The translations under genes and the position numbers were made by a program. From an uncultured Rubrobacteraceae bacterium (lineage in GTDB: Bacteria; Actinomycetota; Rubrobacteria; Rubrobacterales; Rubrobacteraceae), in contig CAWKIM010000014.1 in NCBI GenBank assembly GCA_963849745.1, positions 147,304 to 171,303 of the forward strand: a stretch of 24,000 bases of DNA, read 5' to 3'. Shown piece after piece: positions 1-6,580 of this stretch; within the stretch, counting starts at the first letter, position 1, and each line of letters begins with the position of its first letter. Below the pieces are notes generated by a model. The model saw only the letters and a list, made by a program, of their open reading frames with translations. It ran no database searches and had not been told where the DNA came from.

Positions 1-492
1 CTCCGGCACGGCCGGGGGCACTCGGGCCTCCTCCCAGACGACGGCCGAGAGGTTCTTGCCGACCGCCTCGGAGAGGCGTTCGGACGCAACCCTGGCGAAG
101 GTGTTGACCGTCTGGGTGGCCATCTTTCGGTCGGCACCTCGGTATGTCAGGTCCATGAAGGTCGTGTCCGGAACCCGACGTATTTCCAGGTTATCCAGTA
201 GCTTAGCGGAACTCGCTTGCAGCCCGAGGCTTTGCCTGGTCTCATTGGCCACGGGGCGACTGGCCGCCAGGCGGACCATCGCCGGGGTAGTTTCGCTTAG
301 CCTCGTGTCCGGCCCTGGAGCGGGGGGCCCGATCCTTAGGTCTCTTTCCACCCACACCCGGGCGGTTGGCTCATAGATCGGCTCTCTGAGGAACATTGCG
401 AGGCTGACAAGGGTGACAATAATGGCCGCGACGATGGCTATGAGCAGCGCACCACCCACCGCCCTCACGACCATCGCCGCCTCCAGGTTCAT
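1..492 (-). CDS. Polysaccharide chain-length determinant (Wzz/YveK-like) protein, N-terminal part; the gene runs off the window start
   Basis: Minus-strand frame is open from ATG at 492 (AGGAGG 3 nt upstream) to position 1. It is absent from the ORF track because it is open-ended. My translation is MNLEAAMVVRAVGGALLIAIVAAIIVTLVSLAMFLREPIYEPTARVWVERD...LEIRRVPDTTFMDLTYRGADRKMATQTVNTFARVASERL. This shows an N-terminal TM helix followed by the P.Y..tA..lv and v..t.ii.isy...dp..A..v.n.fa pattern of Wzz-domain proteins. Confidence 0.55.
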   Translation of the reverse strand, partial: MNLEAAMVVRAVGGALLIAIVAAIIVTLVSLAMFLREPIYEPTARVWVERDLRIGPPAPGPDTRLSETTPAMVRLAASRPVANETRQSLGLQASSAKLLDNLEIRRVPDTTFMDLTYRGADRKMATQTVNTFARVASERLSEAVGKNLSAVVWEEARVPPAVPE

Positions 493-764
493 GGGCCTCC
501 TACCGTTCTCCTCCACCCCTCGAACGCCTCATGATAGCGGAGGCGTCAAGGCCCTAGGGACAATGGACGGGTCCAGGGGCTCCGAAGCTGGCGGGATAGT
601 CTCATTCGCCACCTTCGCCCGTACATTATAGGGGTGGGTCTATGCCCTTCCCGCATGAACTTCCCCCGTTCTATGTTCGCGTGGGGCTTGGGGTGGCATT
701 ATGCTTACAGTGGAAAGGGAGCGTCCGACAGGCCCTGTAGGCGGGAGATAGGAGGTATGCGACC

Positions 765-1070
765 TTGCACGCGAGGATGAGTACGTTGGAGGGACCCCCA
801 CACGAAATAGATGAAGTACTGCGGGAGATCAGGGAGCACGTCCTGCCCCTATTGCGGCAACAGGATGGGTTCAAGGGGTTCATCACCCTCGAGGACCGCC
901 AGAGCGGCAAGCTGATCGGCATCACCTTTTGGGAGAGTGAGCAAGCCATGCAGGCCAGCGAGGAAGTCGGAGACCGTACGCGCAGCGAGACAGCGGAGGT
1001 CACCGGCGACGCGATAGAGGTCGTAGAGAGGTACGAAGTCGGCCTGTTTGAGATGTTGGGCCAACTGTAA
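765..1070 (+). CDS. Small ABM/Dabb-fold (antibiotic biosynthesis monooxygenase-like) domain protein
   Basis: 101-aa ORF. The TTG start at 765 lies 9 nt after AGGAGG (750-755); an alternative ATG is at 777. The segment GFKGFITLEDRQSGKLIGITFWESEQAMQASEE resembles the ferredoxin-like ABM domain. This is a motif-level call only. Confidence 0.55.
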   Translation: MHARMSTLEGPPHEIDEVLREIREHVLPLLRQQDGFKGFITLEDRQSGKLIGITFWESEQAMQASEEVGDRTRSETAEVTGDAIEVVERYEVGLFEMLGQL

Positions 1071-1089
1071 GTACCGAGGCAAGAATTAT

Positions 1090-1119
1090 GGCCGGGGTAT
1101 CCTTCAGGGTATCCCGGCC
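1090..1119 (+). terminator. 13-bp stem-loop just after the ABM gene stop (possible intrinsic terminator or attenuator)
   Basis: GGCCGGGGTATCC (1090-1102), loop TTCA, GGGTATCCCGGCC (1107-1119). The stem has 13 pairs including 2 G-U. The trailing sequence CTCTATTC is only weakly U-rich. The stem also contains the direct repeat GGTATCC...GGTATCC and a CTTCAGG motif that resembles the heptamer family described in the findings. Confidence 0.4.
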
Positions 1120-1139
1120 CTCTATTCATGAGGAGAGAG

Positions 1140-1547
1140 ATGGACAAGAGCTCCGTTCGGGACGAGTTGTTCGACAAGGCGATGGAGGTGGGCGAGTTCG
1201 AGGTCTTCCCCGCGCCTAGCGAAGCCGAGGAGGATCCGGACAATACCTTCCTGATCTCCACTGGGATCCTCCTGGGGGTTCCCAAGATGTATATCGTCCG
1301 GGTCGAGGAGTTTCACCACAGCGAAGAGGAGGCAGACAAAGAGACAGACAAGATACTCCAAGAACAGGAGGGGCACATAAAGAGGGTACTTTCCGAGCAC
1401 GAAATCGTGCTTAGCGAAGCGGCCTGGAATACGGTGTTCTCCTACGCCGTGTTGGATGAACATCCCTCTAGGACAAGCGGGCGGCTCTCAGAGGATGAGG
1501 TGCGCTCGGTAGAGGAGGCGTTCGACGCACTTGGATTAGATCCCTAG
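1140..1547 (+). CDS. Hypothetical acidic protein (135 aa), no family recognised
   Basis: The track ORF is 1128..1547. The internal ATG at 1140 is preceded by AGGAG (1131-1135), so I prefer it as the start. The protein is Glu/Asp-rich and local GC is lower than the window average. Confidence 0.5.
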   Translation: MDKSSVRDELFDKAMEVGEFEVFPAPSEAEEDPDNTFLISTGILLGVPKMYIVRVEEFHHSEEEADKETDKILQEQEGHIKRVLSEHEIVLSEAAWNTVFSYAVLDEHPSRTSGRLSEDEVRSVEEAFDALGLDP

Positions 1548-1862
1548 CCCCTAGCGCAGTGAGCGCGGCCGGGGGCCACCACGGGGTCCCGGACCTTCCT
1601 CTTTGCCCTTACTCACAAAGTGCGTGGAAGATGAATTCCGGCCAACCTTCCTAGAATTCATCGCCTGCTGATAATAAGGCAAGAGGAGAGAGTGTGATGT
1701 TTTCGAATCGTACTGAAGAGGTATAGAGATCCGAGAGGTCCGCCTCTGTATTAGGGGCTCGGCGATTGTCCCAACAATCCGATTCTTCCTTTCCCGAGCC
1801 CCGAAAAGGCGCTTACCCGTATATACGAGGGCATTCCTCAAGTGGACTATTAGATGTCTGAG

Positions 1863-2324
1863 TTAGTCTCCGACGCGCTTGGCTGTTCCCCGCGGTTCAA
1901 ACCCCGCTCCCACAAGCTTGGAGGGCTTGATCTGGACGAACGTAAACATACTGCCATCGGGGGCGATGAACACATCGATCTGCGAATCATCCCGAAAGGT
2001 GACGGTGCCTGTGCAGTCCGCCTTGACGGTGTACGTGGCGGAGTCGGGCTCCTTACGAGTAACCTCCCCGTTAAAGTTAGAGGAATCGACGCCTTTCATC
2101 TTACCGTTGCCGTCAAAGACGGCATTTCCTGCAATGGCGAAAGGGACCTGCTCATCATTGCTCTTGATTTCAACCCCATTAAAGGCGAACAGATACGTCC
2201 CGTGAAGCGTGGCCTCCGAGCACTTCTTCGCCCCGGCGTCCTCGTTGCTGGCATACACCACCCCAGCCGCCAGGACACCCAACATGAGCGCGGCTATGGT
2301 CGACAACACGATGATGCGCTTCAT
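1863..2324 (-). CDS. Secreted hypothetical protein with N-terminal signal peptide, beta-rich (possibly a lipocalin-like barrel)
   Basis: The track ORF is 1863..2330. ATG at 2324 lies 6 nt after GGAGG (complement of 2331-2335). MKRIIVLSTIAALMLGVLAAGVVYA looks like a signal peptide. The mature part has alternating beta-strand-like patterns (GTYLFAFNG, YTVKADCTGTVTF). The fold guess is tentative. Confidence 0.6.
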   Translation of the reverse strand: MKRIIVLSTIAALMLGVLAAGVVYASNEDAGAKKCSEATLHGTYLFAFNGVEIKSNDEQVPFAIAGNAVFDGNGKMKGVDSSNFNGEVTRKEPDSATYTVKADCTGTVTFRDDSQIDVFIAPDGSMFTFVQIKPSKLVGAGFEPRGTAKRVGD

Positions 2325-2505
2325 GCGCAACCTCCTTTTCCCGGAGCAGGGTGAGAGGCCCGCCCCATTTACTTATGGGACCACCCTACATCTCGGAGCG
2401 TGTGCAGTACAACCCTCAAATGAGTGATTTTTCGGCGTTTGTCCCGACTAGGTCCCGGATATCTGTTTTCGAAACAGGGAATCTTTCTGCTTCGAGAAGG
2501 GGAAG

Positions 2506-2748
2506 ATGGATATGGCCCAGTGCGAGGTCTGCGGAAACGAGTACGATAAGGCCTTTCAGGTAAGCACGCCCGATGGGGAATCGCACACCTTCGACAGCTT
2601 CGAGTGTGCCATCCACGCGCTCGCCCCGGTCTGCGAGTACTGCAAAGTCAAGGTGATCGGGCACGGCATCGAGGCGGGCGGCTCTTTCTACTGCTGTGCC
2701 CACTGCGCGCGTATGGCGGGTGCGGAAAGCGTCTCGTACCGGGCCTGA
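2506..2748 (+). CDS. Small Cys/His-rich putative metal-binding protein (80 aa)
   Basis: MDMAQCEVCGNEYDKAFQV...FDSFECAIHALAPVCEYCKVKVIGHGIE...FYCCAHCA contains CxxC, C..H, CxxC, H.H and CCxxC motifs. I recall this arrangement as a conserved small-protein family in high-GC Gram-positives. Its function is unknown to me. Confidence 0.65.
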   Translation: MDMAQCEVCGNEYDKAFQVSTPDGESHTFDSFECAIHALAPVCEYCKVKVIGHGIEAGGSFYCCAHCARMAGAESVSYRA

Positions 2749-2856
2749 GCTGGCCCGCCGTAGTCCGTTGAGTGGGTCACGGGAAGAGGCCCGTCTCACT
2801 ATCGAGCCGCCCGCTCGGAGAATTCGGGCAGGTATGCGACAGGGGAAGGTAGACAG

Positions 2857-4581
2857 CTATTCTTTGTCGTTGCGTTCGAAGTAGCGGTTGGTGATAGGCA
2901 TGCGCCTGTCGCGGCCGAAGGCCCTTCCTGTGACCTTTATGCCCGTCGGGGCCTGGCGGCGTTTGTACTCGGCCCTGTCCACGAGTTGCACGATGCGACG
3001 CACATCGTCCTCGTCGAAACCCGAGGCCACGATCTCGGCCACCCCCCTGTCCTCCTCGATGTAGGCTTCGAGGATGGGATCCAGGACCTCGTAGGGCGGC
3101 AGGGAGTCCGTGTCGCGCTGGTCCTCACGCAGCTCGGCTGTGGGCTCTTTGTTGAGGACCGAGTCGGGGATGACCTCGCGGTTCTTCCTCTCGTTGAAGT
3201 GCCGCGCCACCCTGTAGACGAGATTCTTCGGCACATCCTTTATGACCGCGAAACCACCAGCGGAGTCACCGTAGAGGGTGGAGTAACCCACGCTCATCTC
3301 GCTCTTGTTGCCCGTAGAAAGGACGATCCAACCGAACTTGTTGGAGAGGGCCATCAGGATGTTACCCCTGATGCGGCTCTGCAGGTTCTCCTCCGTCACG
3401 TCCTCGGGGAGCCCCTTGAAGGCGCCCTCCATCATCTCCCTGTAGGCGTCGAAGGCCGGACCGATGGGGATGGTCTGGGTGTCGATGCCGAGGTTCTTGG
3501 CGAGCGCAGCGGCGTCGGTATTGCTACCTTCCGAGGTGTAACGGCTCGGCATGAGGACGCCCGTTACGTTCTGAGGACCCAGGGCCTCGACAGCGACGGC
3601 GGCAGCCAGGGAAGAATCTATGCCTCCCGAGAGGCCGAGCACGGCCCGGGAGAACCCGTTCTTGCGGAAGTAGTCCCCGAGGCCAAGCACGAGGGCTTCG
3701 AGCACCTCGCCCTCCTCCGGTAGGGAAGGTTCGATCCTGGGTTCGGCCGGTTCCGCGGCGGGCGGTTCGTGTCGAGGAACCTTTACGATCTCGGGCGTAT
3801 GCTCGCTGTTCTCCTTGCGGGGCCTGGGGTCATGGAGGCGTTGCATGAGCGAGCGATCCGGGTACAGGTCTACGATCAGCAGGTCTTCCCTGAACTGGCC
3901 GGCCCGCGCCACGAGCCTGCCCTCGGGGTCGAAGACGACCGAGTGGCCGTCGAAGACGAGCTCGTCCTGGCCGCCCGTGAGGTTGCAGAAGAGCACGTAG
4001 CAACCGTAGTCCGAAGCCCGCACGCCCAACATCCTTTCCCTGGCGGCACCCTTCTGCCTGTGGTAAGGGGAGGCCGAGATGTTGAGTAGGACGCTGGCCC
4101 CGCCGAGGGCCTGATCGCGGGCCGGGCCACCAGGGTACCAGATGTCCTCGCAAACGCTCACCCCGACGAGGGCGTCGCCCAGATCGAGGATCGGGGCTCC
4201 AGTGCCCTCCCTGAAGTAGCGGTTCTCGTCGAAGACACTGTAGTTCGGCAGGTAGTGCTTGTGGTAGCTGTACAGCACCCCACCGCCGGATACCAGGGCG
4301 CAGGCGTTGTACAGGTCGGCGTCCAGATCGACGAAGCCCGCGGCGGCCACCACGTTCTCGGGAACCCGCCCGGCGAACTCGTGGAGCGCCCTCACGTTCT
4401 CCTCGATAAAGCTCTGGCGCATGAGAAGGTCCTCGGGCGGATAGCCGGGGATGGTCAGTTCGGGGTACGCAACGAGCTCGGCGCCCGAATCGGTCGCCCG
4501 CTCCAGGGCGTCGGCCATCTTCTCGACGTTCCCCCAGATATCCCCGACGGTGGTGTTGATCTGGGCCAGCGCAACCCTCAT
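2857..4581 (-). CDS. nadE: Glutamine-dependent NAD+ synthetase (N-terminal CN-hydrolase/glutaminase domain plus C-terminal NAD synthetase domain)
   Basis: 574-aa ORF. It begins MRVALAQINTTVGD (nitrilase-superfamily start) and carries the catalytic-type VCEDIWYP segment. The C-terminal half has the PP-loop GLSGGIDSS and YGDSAGGFAVIKD. Confidence 0.95.
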   Translation of the reverse strand: MRVALAQINTTVGDIWGNVEKMADALERATDSGAELVAYPELTIPGYPPEDLLMRQSFIEENVRALHEFAGRVPENVVAAAGFVDLDADLYNACALVSGGGVLYSYHKHYLPNYSVFDENRYFREGTGAPILDLGDALVGVSVCEDIWYPGGPARDQALGGASVLLNISASPYHRQKGAARERMLGVRASDYGCYVLFCNLTGGQDELVFDGHSVVFDPEGRLVARAGQFREDLLIVDLYPDRSLMQRLHDPRPRKENSEHTPEIVKVPRHEPPAAEPAEPRIEPSLPEEGEVLEALVLGLGDYFRKNGFSRAVLGLSGGIDSSLAAAVAVEALGPQNVTGVLMPSRYTSEGSNTDAAALAKNLGIDTQTIPIGPAFDAYREMMEGAFKGLPEDVTEENLQSRIRGNILMALSNKFGWIVLSTGNKSEMSVGYSTLYGDSAGGFAVIKDVPKNLVYRVARHFNERKNREVIPDSVLNKEPTAELREDQRDTDSLPPYEVLDPILEAYIEEDRGVAEIVASGFDEDDVRRIVQLVDRAEYKRRQAPTGIKVTGRAFGRDRRMPITNRYFERNDKE

Positions 4582-4633
4582 ACACTAAATATATCGCGCC
4601 TGTCGCGTTCGTGCCTGCCGGTGTTCGTGCCTG
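4582..4633 (-). promoter_or_regulatory. Candidate leaderless nadE promoter plus tandem 11-bp direct repeat (possible operator)
   Basis: On the minus strand TATATT ends 6 nt before the nadE ATG (TATATTTAGTGTATG) and no Shine-Dalgarno is present. GTTCGTGCCTG occurs twice (4607-4617 and 4623-4633, 16-bp period) over the expected -35 region. Confidence 0.4.
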
Positions 4634-4734
4634 TAGAGTGTCCATCGGCCAGGCCACCTCCGGCTAGTCAGCCTGTTGTCTTCTACAGTGGCCTAACTCG
4701 TGATTCGTAATAGGTCGATGCCTTGCGAATCGCC

Positions 4735-5361
4735 TTAGAAGATAGGGTCCGGCGTTGTGCCCGACAGGAGCTGACGTGCCGCTCCGGCCACCCTGCGCAG
4801 GTAACCTTCTTCTTTCGGGACGAACTCGGTGAGGTGTATCCGCCTTGCAGAGGTTCTGCCCTCAGCATACTCGCGGGCGGGCGCCGAACCCATCTCGTAG
4901 AGTGCTTCCACTCTGTCGAGGTCGAGCCGGAACACGGCCTCGACCTCCTCCTTCTGGAGACGAAGGTCCCCTGGAGGTGTGGCGTCGCACACGAGGAAGA
5001 CCTCATGAAGCTCCCTGTCGCAGCCGTCGGGTATCTCCTGCTCCACCCTGCGGGTTCCGAGCGGGACGAGCGTCTCGGGTTCTATCCGCAAGCCGAGCTC
5101 TTCCTCGACCTCCCGCAGACCGTCTATCGTCTCCTCCCCCGAGGCAAGATGCCCCGCGGCGGTGACGTCGAGGTAGCCGGGCCAGGTATCTTTGGTGGCG
5201 GCGCGCCGCTGGAGGAGCAGGTAGGACCCCCCGGGGTCGGATCCGCAGATCCAACAGTGAAAGCATCGGTGCCACAGACCAAGGCGGTGCGCCTCGCCCT
5301 TCGGAACGACCTCCCCTGTAGGCAACCCTGACTCGTCCAGAATATCCAGCAGCTCATCCAC
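4735..5361 (-). CDS. NUDIX hydrolase family protein
   Basis: Carries the Nudix-box-like segment GHLASGEETIDGLREVEEELGL. The track ORF extends to 5463, but that extension reads through the heptamer repeat array (GIRFRVSGYRFS). I therefore prefer GTG at 5361 (VDELLDILDESGLPTG). There is no SD, and TACTCT lies 7 nt upstream, so the transcript may be leaderless. Confidence 0.75.
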   Translation of the reverse strand: MDELLDILDESGLPTGEVVPKGEAHRLGLWHRCFHCWICGSDPGGSYLLLQRRAATKDTWPGYLDVTAAGHLASGEETIDGLREVEEELGLRIEPETLVPLGTRRVEQEIPDGCDRELHEVFLVCDATPPGDLRLQKEEVEAVFRLDLDRVEALYEMGSAPAREYAEGRTSARRIHLTEFVPKEEGYLRRVAGAARQLLSGTTPDPIF

Positions 5362-5408
5362 AAGGAAAAGAGTAGCACGCAACCCGCAGGCACCCCGATA
5401 CCGAGAAA

Positions 5409-5443
5409 ACCTGTAACCTGATACCCGAAACCTGATACCTAAG
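5409..5443 (+). repeat. Tandem heptanucleotide repeat array, site A (ACCTGTA ACCTGAT ACCCGAA ACCTGAT ACCTAAG)
   Basis: Five consecutive 7-nt units can be read directly. More degenerate units extend back to about 5395. The array ends 3 nt before AGGAGG (5447-5452) and 12 nt before the GTG start at 5456. Confidence 0.8.
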
Positions 5444-5455
5444 ACAGGAGGCACC

Positions 5456-6490
5456 GTGACCACGATCGTGATAGCCAGTTACTTCGAGGAAGAGTACGTC
5501 CGTCGCATTGGGGAGATGGACGAGCGGTTGCGGGTCCTCTACAGGGAGGATCTGGTCCCGCCTCCGCGGTGGCCCGGGGACCACGCGGGGCCGGCAGAGT
5601 GGGAGAGAACGCCTGAAGCCGAGGAGGAATTTCTGGCGATGCTCGAGGAGGCCGAAGTCCTCTACGACTTCCCCCGCGGTCATGTCGAGGATCTCGTCGA
5701 GGTCGCCCCCAAACTCCGGTGGGTGCAGGGAAGCATGGCGGGAGCGGGAGAGGTTGCGCAGAAAGCCGGGCTTGGGGAGACGGATGTCGTAGTGACGACG
5801 GCCAGCGGCATCTACTCGGGTCCGCTCGCCGAGTTCGTGCTCATGGCGATGCTCCAGCACGCCAAGGAGCTCGACCATTTGCGACGCGACAAGGCAGGGA
5901 AGATCTGGCGGCAGGGGACGGTGGGGACCCTCGAGAACAAGACGCTTTGCGTGGTCGGTATGGGGAGCATCGGTCGCGCCATATCGGGGCGGGCTCGGCC
6001 CTTCGGCATGCGCATAGTCGGGGTCAAGCGCACGGTACGCGAGGACGACGAAGCCTGGGACTACGCCGACGAGCTGTACCCTACGGCGGAGCTCGGCAGT
6101 GCTCTGGGCGAGGCTGATTATGTCGCCGCTACGCTTCCAGGCACCCCCGAGACGCGGCGCTTGCTCGACGCCGGGGCGATAGCCGCGATCAAGCAGGGGG
6201 CGTACTTCGCCAACGTGGGAAGGGGTTCCGTGGTCGACGAGACGGCGCTCGTCGAGGCGCTTCAGAGCGGCCACCTCTCCGGGGCGGCGCTCGACGTGTT
6301 CGAGGTCGAGCCTCTGCCCGAGGAGAGCCCCCTGTGGCAGCTCGACAACGTGATCGTCAGCGCCCACACGACGGATGTCGTGCCCGACCTGATCAACGCC
6401 GCCCAGACGGACCTGTTCTGCGAGAACCTGCGCCGTTACCTCGCCAGCGAGGAGCTGCTCAACGTGCTGGACAAACGTCTGCTCTACTAG
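5456..6490 (+). CDS. D-isomer-specific 2-hydroxyacid dehydrogenase family, NAD-binding
   Basis: AGGAGG lies 3 nt before GTG at 5456. The Rossmann motif is VVGMGSIGRAI. The catalytic-type residues appear in NVGRGSVVDE and SAHTT. Confidence 0.9.
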   Translation: MTTIVIASYFEEEYVRRIGEMDERLRVLYREDLVPPPRWPGDHAGPAEWERTPEAEEEFLAMLEEAEVLYDFPRGHVEDLVEVAPKLRWVQGSMAGAGEVAQKAGLGETDVVVTTASGIYSGPLAEFVLMAMLQHAKELDHLRRDKAGKIWRQGTVGTLENKTLCVVGMGSIGRAISGRARPFGMRIVGVKRTVREDDEAWDYADELYPTAELGSALGEADYVAATLPGTPETRRLLDAGAIAAIKQGAYFANVGRGSVVDETALVEALQSGHLSGAALDVFEVEPLPEESPLWQLDNVIVSAHTTDVVPDLINAAQTDLFCENLRRYLASEELLNVLDKRLLY

Positions 6491-6580
6491 GCCACCACTC
6501 TGCCTCCTCGATGCTTCCTACGGTAGACTACAGGGAGGGTTTGAGCAGGAGGAAGTTGGGCGAAGGGTCTCCGGCCGCGG

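Noticed and set aside
1551-1841. 96-aa minus-strand ORF in the structured spacer
   Set aside because: It has a TTG start with no SD, a basic low-complexity product, and its sequence is dominated by hairpin arms. It is more likely non-coding.
2986-4710. Several plus- and minus-strand ORFs overlapping nadE (2986..3723, 3830..4657, 4255..4710 and others)
   Set aside because: All overlap the high-confidence nadE frame and look like GC-driven open frames.
4735-5361. NUDIX protein next to nadE as an NrtR-type NAD regulator
   Set aside because: The protein is about 209 aa and its C-terminal region shows no winged-helix-like segment. The adjacency alone is insufficient.
5362-5463. N-terminal extension of the NUDIX ORF to 5463
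   Set aside because: The extension translates the heptamer array (GIRFRVSGYRFSRYRG) and overlaps the dehydrogenase start region, so it is an artefact of the repeat.
5354-6367. 337-aa minus-strand ORF opposite the 2-hydroxyacid dehydrogenase
   Set aside because: It is antisense to a gene with clear NAD-binding and catalytic motifs and has no motif or RBS of its own.
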